From NCBI GenBank assembly GCA_049969215.1, contig JBMFPH010000001.1, forward strand, positions 1 to 54,991: a DNA stretch of 54,991 bases. The letters run 5' to 3'. This DNA is from Anaerolineae bacterium (GTDB taxonomy: Bacteria; Chloroflexota; Anaerolineae; 4572-78; NAK82). Every line of letters starts with the position of its first letter. Within the stretch, counting starts at the first letter, position 1. Below are positions 54,741 to 54,991 of this stretch, piece by piece. The notes under the pieces were generated by a model that was given only the letters and a program-made list of their open reading frames with translations, searched no databases and was not told the DNA's origin. The position numbers and the translations under genes were made by a program.

Positions 54741-54991
54741 ATGGAAACAATCGCACTTTTTGGAGCGGCAGGAAAGATCGGCACACGCATTGCAAGTGCA
54801 CTGAGGGATGTGCCAGAGTATCGCATGTTGTACGTCGAAGCGGGAGAGGCAGGTTTGGCCCGATTGCGTGAGCGTGGCTTGACACCTTCCACAGCAGAAG
54901 AGGCTATGCGTGAAGCGGGGGTGGTCATCTTGGCAATCCCTGATGTTCTGATCGGCAAGGTGGCTTCCGAGTTGGTGCCGATGCTGCAGAG
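54741..54991 (+). CDS. NAD(P)-binding Rossmann protein, paralog of 50580-51419 (3' end outside the window)
   Basis: Hand translation gives METIALFGAAGKIGTRIASALRDVPEYRMLYVEAGEAGLARLRERGL...LAIPDVLIG..., collinear with the 50580 product. It is missing from the ORF track because it has no stop within the window. Confidence 0.75.
   Translation, partial: METIALFGAAGKIGTRIASALRDVPEYRMLYVEAGEAGLARLRERGLTPSTAEEAMREAGVVILAIPDVLIGKVASELVPMLQ

Noticed and set aside
54551-54958. A 135-aa minus-strand ORF at the window end.
   Set aside because: It is antisense to a clearly homologous plus-strand partial gene (54741 onward, paralog of 50580-51419), so it is a shadow ORF.

Overview
This is about 55 kb of apparently chromosomal bacterial DNA. 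Most sampled lines are in the mid-50s % GC. The taxon cannot be established here; the gene content and sigma-70-like promoters suggest a Chloroflexota-like or other Terrabacteria organism, which is only a guess. I support about 48 protein genes, one tRNA-Leu(GAG), several near-consensus promoters and several stem-loops. I saw no rRNA, CRISPR array, transposase, integrase or recognisable defence genes.

Layout:
- 1-14158, mostly + strand: the 3' part of a thioester alpha-2-macroglobulin gene, yvcK-like/gap/pgk, nth, a convergent M23 peptidase with a beta-propeller, then aroH, DAHP synthase and thrS.
- 14192-23410, all - strand: a Gfo/Idh/MocA oxidoreductase, a PLP enzyme, a GT2 glycosyltransferase, a threonine-synthase-like gene, a HicB-DinB fusion, carbamate kinase, two tandem knotted-type carbamoyltransferases and tRNA-Leu.
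- 23896-54991, all + strand: a large catabolic island. It holds two E1 alpha/beta pairs, one E2 and no E3. It also holds two Zn-ADHs, an SDR, three xylose-isomerase-like TIM barrels, a UroD-like gene, one long transketolase-like gene and one split transketolase. Further along are a CUT1-type ABC importer without an ATPase, four hydrolase-type genes, a DUF1537 kinase operon and two FadR-type GntR regulators.

Most interesting observations:
1. An unannotated 33-codon leader ORF rich in Tyr/Phe/Trp codons sits upstream of aroH and DAHP synthase. It comes with alternative helices and a canonical intrinsic terminator, so it is a candidate ribosome-mediated attenuator that senses all three aromatic amino acids.
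2. Two operons 9 kb apart share an identical 18-nt palindromic operator at an identical offset from the promoter.
3. The catabolic island is dense in thiamine-diphosphate (TPP) enzymes and has non-canonical composition.
4. Two tandem YgeW/AOTCase-like carbamoyltransferases sit with a carbamate kinase directly behind a tRNA terminator.
5. The DUF1537 acid-sugar kinase lacks its usual partner genes.

All functional calls rest on motifs read by eye, not on database searches.
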